NCBI RefSeq assembly: GCF_009914755.1
Contig: NC_060937.1
From: the human T2T-CHM13v2.0 reference genome, Homo sapiens
Length of the DNA: 64,000 bases
Strand: one strand, 5' to 3'
Shown here: in pieces, positions 52,667 to 64,000 of the stretch
Position numbering within the stretch: position 1 is the stretch's first letter
Layout of the letters: every line of letters begins with the position of its first letter
Position numbers and translations under genes: made by a program
The notes under the pieces: model-generated
What the model was told of the DNA's origin: nothing
What the model saw: the letters and a program-made list of their open reading frames with translations, nothing else
Database searches by the model: none

Positions 52667-54039
52667 TGCCTAAGGACAAAATTCTACTTGGACACTTAAA
52701 AAATATTATTTCTTCCCAGACATCAAGACAATGGGAGAATATGATGGTCATTTAGAAAATTGTTAATTAGAAGACTAAAAGTATTTTGAAGAATAATCCT
52801 TCTTCATTCATTAAATTATTTATGGAATTTGTCATTTTGATCCTTAAAATAGAATACTTTAAGGATATTAAAGTAGATATTGAATATACTATTGTCAAAA
52901 GTACATTTGAGAATGTTAAGCATTATTGACATGTTTCCTTCTTTTATAGACCATTAAAATCAAGCTTACAATATAAACCATTGAACAGAAGTTTATTGCC
53001 ACTGATTTTAAACTGAGGTAGAAAATATCTTTTCTGATGATAATGAAGTATGATAGTTAGAAAATTCAGTGAAAGTAGTTTTTTATGCCTCTTTAGAATG
53101 TCTTGAGCAGCACTTGTTTTTGTCAAATGTATTGTAATAGCACTGTTCCAATTGAAATTTAAAAATAGCCTGGGAAATATAGAAAGATACTAGAAGATCA
53201 TACTTTAGTCTTGTTTTTATATCTACCCAGCTTTATGAAAATACCCATGTCACTTAATACTTGTTTTTCTTGTCTGTAACAATTATCAAGAAGTATTGGA
53301 AGGTGCTTTTTAAAAAGCTTTAGATTTTACAAATGACAATATGTATTGATTGACCAAGTGACAGAGAGAGGAACACTTAGAGGTTTTTTGAAAAGACCAA
53401 GAAGGATTGATCTTAAATTACTATTGTTTCAAAACATATATAAAGGGAGCATTTTTCAAATTAGCATTGACATTTAGACTGAAGTTAGATCTGTCGAATT
53501 AATTCTGGGTCTTTGTGCCTGTAAAATTCCAAAGTGTTCCAACGAAAATGGGAAAAAAATCAGTAAGTGAAAATAAATACTTGGAAACATTTGTAATTGA
53601 CATTTTTTCATATTTTATGTGAATATGTAATAGGCATGACCTTGGGGACTAAATTGAGGAGGATGCAACTGCAGCTTTCACTACTGTGAAGATTTCTGCT
53701 TTATTGTTACTTTTTAAAATAGCATTTTGTTTCACCTATAACATTGATATAAAATTAAGAGACAATAGGAAATAACTTTTAGACTTGGAAATTTAATAAG
53801 GCAAACTGAAATTCCTCTTCTGGTCCTTCTAGCTCGTATTCTTTTTCATGAAAATCCATGAGAAGTGGTAAAGGAGTAAATTTAACCTTTAATGCCAAGT
53901 CAATGCAGTGATGGTCATCAATACAGATTCATATTTGTGTCAAGTTAAGGCTTCATTGGACTTCAGATCTTACTGGATTTCAGAATTAGTAAGTTCTGTG
54001 TGCATCTTCTGTTGCCAAAAGAAAAAAATAAGTTTATGG

Positions 54040-54040
<1 letters not shown>

Positions 54041-54092
<52 letters not shown>

Positions 54093-54110
54093 CATCCATC
54101 TATCTATCTA
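54041..54110 (+). repeat. Compound STR (TATC)13(CATC)2(TATC)2
   Basis: Counted directly. Confidence 0.95.
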
Positions 54111-54549
54111 CTTCTAGGAATAAATTAGCTATTAAAATCATTTTTACAATGTATACCACTTTCCTTTGTTCTGGCTTGTCAAATTTATTTATTTACTTAT
54201 TTAAAAGACCCACATTTCAAGGGATCTTCCTTATAATCTGGAAAGATATATATTTGCAATATATATTAAAAATTATAAAAATGTCCATTTTCTTTGACCC
54301 AATACTTCCACAATAAAATATTCATTTTTGTCCTAAGAAAATAAATACAAATGTTTATTTATCAAAATATTTATTATAGTAATAAAATTTTAAATTTGAA
54401 ATATCAAAAATATTCATTAAATTATGGCTCATGTAAATGTTATAAGCTGGTATTAAGTATACTGTTTTCTAAACAAATTTTATAACAAGAAAATTCTCAC
54501 ACTTTAAGTGGAAATCATGTTGGAAAATAGCATACGAAGTATACATAGT

Positions 54550-54924
54550 TGTCACACTGATTCTCTGTTGGTGATACAGATGTCTTTCATAATGATGAAT
54601 CAGCATCTGCAGCAACACCCACTAATGAGAGCAAGAATTCAGACTTCTCAGGGTGGAAGGTCATGGCAGTCCCAACCTGGAAAGCCACCTAGGTCAGCAG
54701 AAGTGCTAGTGAAAGTTAGTGGAGGTCTAGAATTAATAATAGAAGAGAAAGATGATCTGTGTAAATTAGGGCCCAAAGTCCATTGCAGAAGTATAGATTG
54801 CAGCTTGTTACAAATTGGCCTTCATTTTGTCCTTAATAGGTGTTAAGGCTGATTTCAAGTTTGAAGACTCAGTAACATAGCAAATGAGAATGGACACAAG
54901 CAGGTCTTGGTACAAGGAGTAGAC
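54550..54924 (+). mobile_element. ERVL (HERV16-like) internal 3' end: dUTPase tail, integrase C-terminus, PPT
   Basis: Translates LLVIQMSFIMMNQHLQQ...WQSQPGKPPRSAEVL...IEEKDD; decayed PPT aaggagtagac directly before the LTR. Confidence 0.75.
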
Positions 54925-55400
54925 TCTAGCAAACACGTCTGGTCTCATATCGCATTCCCTTAGCTGATCTCTGGTATCAGTGGCAGATGTTGGATAGTTT
55001 TATTCAAGCTCAGACTCAACTCCTACCTCCCAACTCAGGGACTCACCCCATATTTTTGCTTTCTGATGTGGGGATCTACACACAAATGCAGCCCAGAAGC
55101 GTTGGAAAGTTGCAGCCCTCAGAACCAAACCTAAATCCGTGAAAGAAAGGATCTGGCAGAGAGGAACCTCACCTGACGACCCTACAGTCAGATATTTCTG
55201 GAAGGTATTCTGTATAACTCTCAGGGGGCCTACAAGAGAATTAGTCCACATTTCCTACAGCAGCATCTTTGAAACAAACCCTTTTCCTTTGGCTTTTCTT
55301 CCTCTTCTCTCACTCTCCCCACCCTGAGGTCACTTCAGCATGCCACCTAAATCCCCTCCTTGTCTCAAGCTCTGCTTTTGGGGAAACCCAAGCTAAGATA
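54925..55400 (+). mobile_element. ERVL 3' LTR, LTR16-like
   Basis: Ends tctcaagctctgcttttggggaaacccaagctaagata, the LTR16-type terminus. Confidence 0.75.
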
Positions 55401-55419
55401 ATCTCATATACATTATATG

Positions 55420-57100
55420 TGGTTTTATGACCTTCATTCGAATATTGGATAAAGATAGTATAAGGCTATAGTCCCATTTACTATAATAGATGTGAAAATT
55501 CTAAATAAAGTACTATCAAATTAGATTTAAAATGATCTGATGATCATTGTCCTGGAGTTATTCCAAGAATAAAGAGATACCAAAATATAAAGACGAAGAT
55601 CAAAGAGTTATTCTTTTAAGTGATATAACCACTCACGCCTCTAAGAGACCTGACGCAAAAAATGTTTCAAATAAGCCAGTACAGGAAACTTGCTGGACAG
55701 AAGATTAAATTATGTTGGCACAGTTTTTATATACCATGAACATTAGAAAATATAATTTAACAGTTTGGATTCCTACTGTAGGTTATATTTATGAATTAAA
55801 CAAAGAAGGAAGACACAAGACCTTTATTGAGAAACATTTAAAACTCTTATAAAAGACAAATGTTAACAGATGGTATTAATTTTAAAGTGTTAATTTTGTC
55901 TATTTTAATTTATTTAGTCAATCAAATCTATTCCAAATCTAGCAAGGTATTTTAGAGATCTTGGCAAACTGAATTTGAAGTTTTATAAAAAAATAACAGA
56001 CACATAAGCTGGAAATAAGAACAAATCAGAAGAACTTTCCTTCCAGATAGGAGACATGATGCATAGCTGTGGAATAAAAACAGTGTTAGATAAACAAAGG
56101 AAGAAACATACAGATAATGGAGCTGAAGAGAAAGCCTAGAACAGAATGGTATGCATGGAGATTTGTATAAGATCACTGATCAGGGTGGAGCAAGGACAAA
56201 TTAATGGTAATGATGAGAAAACTGGCTTCATCTAAGGGGAGAAAAAAGTCTGACTTCTAACACAGACACAAGAAAAAGTTCAAAAATTTATGACCTGAAA
56301 TGAAAAGCTGAAACTATAAAGCAAACAAAAAATCAGGGACATATACACAACCGGAGAGAGAGAAAATATTTTGATTAGAGTTTTATTTTCAACCCAGTAT
56401 GCTATAAAATTTTAAAAGAATGAGAATAAGAGAAATGATTGTGACATCTGAAAGTAGTAAGGATGTAATAGTTAAAATATACCAAGAAATCCTGAATCAA
56501 CAGTAAGAAGTCAGGAAACCCAATAACAAAACAGATAATGGATGAGAAGTTGATTACAGTGACAGAAACCTAAATGAAAAGGAAAAAAAATGATGCCTAA
56601 CTTCACAAGTAATGAAGAAATTTGAAAATTTAGCCCACCCACTTTACATTTTTCTATTTTTCAATATTTAGAAACAGCGTGTTGCTGAGAATATGGACAA
56701 ACAAGAATCCTGTTGGTCACGATACAAAATACTGTATCCACTCTTGAGAACTTAATGAGATTAGATGTAAAACCCTAGAATTTAGCAATCCCAATACTAG
56801 GTATTTACACCAGAAAAATATTTTCCATGAGTCTTTTGTCAAAGCATAGTGGAGAGAGAGAGTTGGGGGCAACCTCAGCGTCTTTAGCCAGAGGAACCGC
56901 CAGGTTCAACATGGTACATATCCATAATTGAATATGAAGCAGTCAGAAGCTATGAACTAGTTGGAAATACTGCAATATACCTAAATCTCAAAAGATGTTG
57001 CATGACAAAATAACAAAGCACAAAACAGTACATACTATATGTTTTCAGGGAATTTTTTAAGGGGATGTATTTATCTAGTACATACTAAATGACTGGTTTT
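55420..57100 (+). mobile_element. Very old L1ME ORF2/3' fragments
   Basis: Degenerate L1 (atcaaatctattccaaatctagcaagg; aaactataaag; tagcaatcccaatactaggtatttacaccagaaaaa). Confidence 0.65.
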
Positions 57101-57539
57101 TAGGGAGGAGAGGCAGATGAGAGTAAATAAATACAGTAATTAAATAAAATGAGCAGAGCAGTGCACTAACTGATGTTGATTGGTATGCCATTGTTTGATT
57201 ATCGGGAATGTAATTTTGTCAACCTAAGGATGAGATGTGGGAAAGAAGAGGTTAACAACAGGAATCATCAAAACTGGTGAAAATAAGGCATCCGTACACA
57301 CCTACACTTTCTACAGGGCAATATGCAATCTTAAGAGATTCTGTATGTTCACAGAAATAATCAAATGGTAGACAAATTTTCATCAAAGAGTTACATAGAA
57401 TTGCAAGCATTTGGGAAATTAATAATAAAGGGATAGTTGAGCAATTTATGGTGTGTTCACTTAAGGTAATGATATAAAACTTTTAAAATGATGTTTGTGA
57501 TTATTGTGCAATATGATAGAAAATACTAATATTTATTCA

Positions 57540-57710
57540 ACCGTATACTAATATAAGTATTTTACATATTTTATCTCATTTAATCACAACATTTCTTTCA
57601 AGTCAATTCTATTATTATTTATATAACATAACCAAGTCTTAGAGAGGAAAGAGCTTCAATTTCACGGAGATGCTAAATAGCACTTCTAGGACTCAAAACC
57701 AGGACTGTCG
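57540..57710 (-). mobile_element. MIR
   Basis: ttacatattttatctcatttaatcacaac...cttagagagg...ggactcaaaaccagg. Confidence 0.6.
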
Positions 57711-57944
57711 TGGAATTGGTACTGTATAACGTAAAGCTCCAGGCTGATGTCTGTCCTTCTGATGTCCGTATTCTTTGCCATTGGGCATAGTTTTAATGTT
57801 TGAATCTAGAGATATATAACTCTTTTAAGGATCTTCTATCATAATAAATGTTTACATTGTAAGCTCTGCAAGGGCAAATAACATGGCTAAAGTATCTGCT
57901 GCTATTTCCCTACCTGCTTAGTACTGTGAGTGGCAAGTATAAGA

Positions 57945-58018
57945 TACTTAATACAATTGAGTGAAAGTATGAAGCTACTACTACTTAATACAATTGAGTG
58001 AAAGTATGAGGCCACTAC
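57945..58018 (+). repeat. 37-bp tandem duplication at an L2 3' end
   Basis: 57945-57981 vs 57982-58018, 35/37 identical. Confidence 0.93.
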
Positions 58019-58825
58019 TGCTGCCACTACCCACTATTACCAGCTTACATATATACATGTACACACAGGAAAAAGACTTAGATAAAATGTGCCCAAATTC
58101 TATCCCTGTGATTATTGTTTTAATGTTCTACTTTACAGTTCTCAGCCTTTCCTAAAGAGTCAGTGGGTTTGATTCACCAGATTCTGAACTCTAATGGGTG
58201 AACATTATAAAAATGGTGTTTCTCAATCTTCACAAATCTGTATGTATTGACTATAGTAATCATGGCAACTGAGATATTCTGTTGAATTTGTGGCATGCAT
58301 GTGTAAGCAGCTTCATCCTTTGCAGAAATAATTTGTATATTTAGAAAGTGTGATGATATGTGGTCATCAACATTCACAGTAGAGCATGTAATTTGTTAGC
58401 ATGAATGGCATTTTTATCTCTATTGTTGTCAGTTTATTTATAACATCTATTTGATCAGTAAGCAGATACTGAGTTAGTTGATTAAAAACAAAGAGTAAAT
58501 CTGGATTATTAAGCAATCTAGAAAAGAAAGTTGAAATTCAAACTTTTCAAAATGAATTCTAATATATCCTTGGAGTGGGTGCTAAGTAGAGAATTTCGAT
58601 TTTCTCCTATCTTTTTTCAGGGCAGCCTTTGAGATTTGACTTTTTTTCTTCTTTCAATGTCTAATTGAACTAATAATGGAAATAATTTTCAATTGGGAAA
58701 ACCTATCCTATCCTAAGGTTTTACCATTTTTTTCCATCTTAAAGTCAAGAATTTGTTATTGCTTTACCTTAACTCTGCATTACAAGTGAGAGTTCCACTT
58801 ACTAAGCACTACCCAACCCACGAAA

Positions 58826-59030
58826 GTGGTTAGAGATTGGTTCTAATGAGGCCAGGGTCAAAGTAAAGCTGCATACATGCCAATTAGCTTTAGGTCCAGA
58901 AAAATATTACCCCATGAATGCCCACTGGGTTTCCACCTGGGCCAAAATTCTTAAGATGGAATTAGAGAATGCAATGACTCAGCAGAAACTTTACACCATT
59001 CGCTGATGCTGGGGGGATTTCAGTTCATGT
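58826..59030 (+). mobile_element. Ancient tRNA-derived SINE (MamSINE1-like)
   Basis: tggttagagattggttctaatgaggccagggtca...gccaattagcttt (tRNA-like head). Confidence 0.55.
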
Positions 59031-60292
59031 TCTTTTGCGTGCTGGCAAATATCTCTTTTTTTCTTAAATAAAAGAAACATGAAGTTGGTTTGCTTGTGAG
59101 TTGGATAGGTATACATTGGGAAATGCAAGAGATAAAATACTTTGCAAAATGCATTGCAAATGTTCTTTGCTCCCTACCATAGAATCTCAGCACCATGTTA
59201 ATACATGTGTGGCCTTAGATAATACATGTTTAGGCATTAACAAAATACAAAAATTCAAGTTTCTAAAGAGTATACGTGAAAACTACTTCTTCGTCTCTTC
59301 CCTGTCTCCAAGACACAGTTTTTTCTCTGTAAATTTAACAATAACAGATGCTTACTAACTTTTCTAGAGAAATTTGTTGCATGTAGAAATATACAGTATT
59401 ATACATTTATTTTTCGTCCCTCTTTCATAACAAATGATTTTATTTTTTGAATTATTGATGTGACAGTGTTGAGAAACTTCCACCTTCCCCAAATAATTGT
59501 CAAATAATTTTATAAATCTTATGCCATGTGACAAGCTTTCCACATTGTATTTAAAAATTATAATATTACTTCGTACCCCCAAAATATACCCAATTATAAT
59601 TTGTTGGTATATAATAAAAATTTTTAAATTAAAATAAATTTTAAAAATCAGGGTTCCTAAGGAATACTGTACATATAGTCACCTTGCATTTCCTAGTAAA
59701 CTGTGGTCCTACACAGATTAGTCTAATCACTTTTCCTAAGGACAATATTTTATGTAGGTGGAGTCATATTACATAGCATTTCAGCTTCTTTTTTATGAGA
59801 TTTAACAGCCTCAATTCTTTAAATTGTTTAATATATATCATAGTTTGAATGCCCTTTCATTCTCTACTTTGAACATGTAAAGAAAATTTGACACCTATAA
59901 ATATATACAATATTATTTCAAATATTATTTGATTAGCACAAAATAAGGCTAATTTATCATTTCTCTTATACCCAGATGCTTTGTGTTAGAGTTATCTTGT
60001 TCTCTAGCTGTGCCCCGGATGAAAATGTCTTCCTTTAACGCTATCCATCAAGACTCTCATGAATTAATTTAAAAGGCAATCTGAGCCATTACTTACAATT
60101 GTGTAGGTTGTACATTTGAATGAAGATGTCTAGCCCAGAGGGCAGTCAGGACCGAAGCTCATCCTCACTCCACTTTTCATTTTTTATTCTGCTGTACAGA
60201 TGAGTGTATTGTAGGGAGGAAACTCTTTTTGGAAATGAAATGTAGTCCACAGTGCTGTGTCATCCCAGAGGGGTTTGTTAAACATTTTAAAA

Positions 60293-60809
60293 TGTGGCAA
60301 CACAATTTTACTGTTTTTCAAATTAAAAGGAAAATCCATTTCTCCGACCTTGAATCTTGACGGGCTTGTATATTGCTTTGGCCAATTTAGAACGTGGCAA
60401 AGGTGACATTTTGTGAGTTCAAGGACTTGGGCCACAGAGATTTTGCAATTTTTCACCTTGCCCTCCTGAATTACCATACATGGAAAATCACCATATATGG
60501 AAGCCAGTTTAGGCAGTTGGAGAAGAGAGGCTACATGAAGGTGAAGCCAGCTGCCTTGGGCAACAGCCAGCACCAATTGTGAGAGCTGAAAAAGACCATC
60601 TTGAACTTCCCAGAAGTTCCATCTGGAGCTTTCAAGTTCCAGCTTGAACTTCAGCCCAGTTGAAGGCCAGTTAAATGCCTTCTCAAGAAGAAAGCCAGGT
60701 TAACCAGCTGAGGAATTTCCCAGCCAATCCACAGAATCACAGGATATTGGGTGTATTTTTAAGCCCTAAACTCCCAGGTGGTTTGTTTCACAGCTATAAT
60801 TAATTGACA
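60293..60809 (+). mobile_element. MaLR LTR (MLT1F/G-like)
   Basis: TGTGGCA start; ccttgaatct..tgctttggccaat..gtggcaaaggtgac; ttttaagcc..ggtggtttgtt..cagc..ttgaca end. Confidence 0.8.
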
Positions 60810-61050
60810 CTGGTGTCTTTTACTAATCTTTATGTCAAACTCAACATTCAAGGAGTGAGGTGGAACTTTTTCTAATTCTCAGTATAGCACCAATACTGTA
60901 AGTCAGAATAACATGCAAGGAGTTAGAATATATTCAAATAGTATGAATTTTAGCTAAGAGCATCAAAAAGAATGGCCCTTGAGTGACTGATTCCCCCAGA
61001 TATCTTGTAAGGAGATAGTAATCTTATTTCCACATAAGACGGGATCTCAT

Positions 61051-61246
61051 TCTCGTCTCTACTAAAAACACAAAAATTAGCTGGGCATGGTAGCATGCAC
61101 CTGTAATCCCAGCTACTCAGGAGGTTGAGGCAGGAGAATCATTTGAACCCAGGAGGCAGAGGTTGCAGTGAGCTGAGATCGCACCACTGCACTACAGCTT
61201 GGGAAACAGTGAGACTCAGTCTCAAAAGAAAAAAAAAAAAAAAAAA
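61051..61246 (+). mobile_element. Alu right arm plus linker only
   Basis: Starts at cgtctctactaaaaa; A tail; left monomer absent. Confidence 0.93.
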
Positions 61247-63097
61247 GACACTAATAGCATTGAGTACACACTCATGGCATTGAGAGAGAGCAGAAACGCT
61301 GCTAAAACTTGTATCAAATGTATACTCTTAGACTTGAACAAGACCCTTTTGGGTCTTTGTGACTGGGCTTCTGCCCAAATAAAGTTGTTTTGATTGAAGA
61401 AGAACATTCTATTGTGCTTGTTTCCATAATGCCACAAGACCACATGGAAAATCACCTTTTTGGGTGGCCAAGAATATGCCATACTCTCTTGGAATGTAAG
61501 TATCATGAACATACTCAAATAGAAACTCACATAAATTTAGCACAGTTATTATAACAGTGCCTTGACTATTAACTGGTAACAAATTGTGTGTGTAACAGTA
61601 TAATACATAAGTTAGAATTCCTTTTCTGTCTTTTTTTTGGATTTGGTATTTCAAAACATCAATTATTCTATTTTACCTTTTATCTTCTTGTGAAATAATA
61701 CTATTTAATCCCTATAAATGCAAAAACTAACACAGCTTAGTAGTAATATAATGCACTTGTGACAGTTGTGTGTGATCTGATATTTTCATATTTGTCTATG
61801 AATGTCTATAATTACAGTGTGTCTTTAAATATATTTTGAATATTTCCGAGTAAAGATACCAGACAAAGGAAGTATTGAGCTTATGAATAAATAAAAAGTA
61901 AAGAATAAAACGTAAAAGGATATTTAAAAGGAAACAGCAAAGGAAATACAAAATGGTTACATAAAATAACAATGTTAAAAGCTTTTGAGGAATACCACAT
62001 TATTTGGAAATGTTTATGTAATTTTATGTTAAAATTAAATTAATATATTTTATTGCATTTTTCTCCCAATGTTTTTACTGCAAAACTAATTGGAAACACT
62101 GAACTATTTTTCTCTTTTAGTTGACAGGACATAAATGTGAAATAAAAGGCTTTTGATACATTTAGTTTTCTTTCTCAAAAAATAAGCTTATTATATATAC
62201 ATAAGAAGATTAAAGACATGTCAGAAAGCTTTTTGGAAGCCCAATGTAATGACAGACTAGGGTAACATCCACAAAGGAATATTTAGCCTTTTTCTGGGAA
62301 GGAGAAATACATGCCTATTATCAATAATACCATTGAATTACCAAAATTAAGGATTCTTAATTAGTTTGGAGTTTTGTCTATTAACTTTGACTGAAAACAA
62401 TACTCAGAATCACAAAAATCTTAAGGAGGAAAAGTAATTTTTAAAAGCCATCTTAGCAATAACAACAGCACAAAAAGACCCTGCTCTTGATAAGAGGCCT
62501 TCTACTGTGTTGAGTATGGAATTCGTTTCATACTTGTGTTTCTGTTTCTTGTATTTGTGTTTCTGTTCTCCTTCTGTTGAAGGAGTCTAGGTCAAAATAT
62601 ACAAAATATACACTCTACCTTGTCCTTTGGATACAATCAGCGTGCCAGAACCTAAGCATAGCCGTCTGTTCGAGTTTTGATTTGTTTTTGTGCATGATTC
62701 AGCACACAGGCACTGTGGTTAATTCTTAATATTTTTTTTTGACCATGGAATTTTTAGTAAATCACTGCTAGTGGTGGAAGGATGAGTTAAGTTCATCAGT
62801 TGCTTGTCTCCATTTAATTGTTAATCATGTTTTTATTTTTTCTCCAATTTTTTTGTGCTTATGCTTTCATTCTAGAACTTTTTTTTCAATTATTATTATT
62901 CTAGTTCTTAGTTTCTAAATATGATTTTTCTATAACTTGTCTTGGGCTATTGATGTTTATTGTGCATTTTACCTGCTTATTAATTTGCATAGTTAAAAAG
63001 GCCTGTTGCCTTACTAAGAAATTGGTTTGGCTCATTATTAACATTACAGTTTTCACTGTGCAGACTAACTAAACTTCATTCCATCAAAAAATTGTAC

Positions 63098-63217
63098 TGG
63101 CTCGTGCCTGTAATTCCAACATTTTGGGAGGCGGAAGCAAGAGAAGGGCTTGAGGTCAGGCGTTTGAGACCAGCCTGGCCAACACAGTAAGAGCCCATCT
63201 CTATAAGATAAAAATTT
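63098..63217 (+). mobile_element. Alu left monomer (FLAM/AluJ fragment)
   Basis: tggctcgtgcctgtaattcc...cccatctctataagataaaaa. Confidence 0.85.
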
Positions 63218-63289
63218 ACTAGAAAACAATATATAATAAAAATGTCCTAATAACTGTGTCATGCACACATGCACTTTCAGATTTAATTT

Positions 63290-63440
63290 TTCCAACTCCT
63301 CTCTGAGATCCTCACAGATGTTGAAAGGATAATATGAGATACAAAGTTCTCCCACATTGACATGAAAGTAAGTGGCCAAACTAGTATTAGAATTCAGAAG
63401 TCATAACAAGCATTTTTATCATTCTACTTTGTCCCTTTGC
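63290..63440 (-). mobile_element. MIR fragment
   Basis: gagatacaaag..cccacattgacatgaaagtaagtggccaaactagtattagaattcag. Confidence 0.5.
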
Positions 63441-63547
63441 TCTCTACAGTCATTGATGCAGGATATTTCTGAAGATGGTACAAAGGACATTTAAGCTAGA
63501 AATTAAAATTTATAACAGCCCACATTTTATTTAGAATAAGTAGGGGT

Positions 63548-63956
<409 letters not shown>

Positions 63957-64000
63957 TCAGTGGTGCCTCTGAACCTGAGACTGTGTATACAAAAGTAGAG

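Noticed and set aside
58826-58890. tRNA-like sequence
   Set aside because: No cloverleaf or intact B box; better explained as an old SINE head

Overview
AT-rich, CpG-depleted primate (human/ape-like) intergenic or deep-intronic DNA. I can support no host protein-coding exon, RNA gene or CRISPR array. The window is a layered record of transposable elements: about ten Alus, an L1PA 3' end with a perfect 17-bp TSD, old L1M/L2/L3/MIR fragments, MER5/MER58 DNA transposons, MaLR elements (THE1, MLT1) and several solo ERV1/ERVL LTRs. The main object is a 5.0-kb minus-strand provirus at 40009-45020 (5-bp TSD ATCCT) that resembles LTR18/HERV-S (HERVL18). It has lost most of its 5' LTR, the PBS and nearly all of gag. 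It keeps a decayed class-III pro-RT-RNaseH-IN, a compact gamma-type env (CWIC, ISD, CX6[Y]C), an in-frame UAG gag-pro junction, and an apparent vestigial dUTPase-like domain inside integrase. The other unexplained structures are an 84-bp inverted repeat flanking about 1 kb (8024-9242) and a 96-bp direct duplication around an apparently permuted L2 (46656-48929). Repeat family names come from my recall of consensus sequences and were not computed. Boundaries of old elements are approximate.
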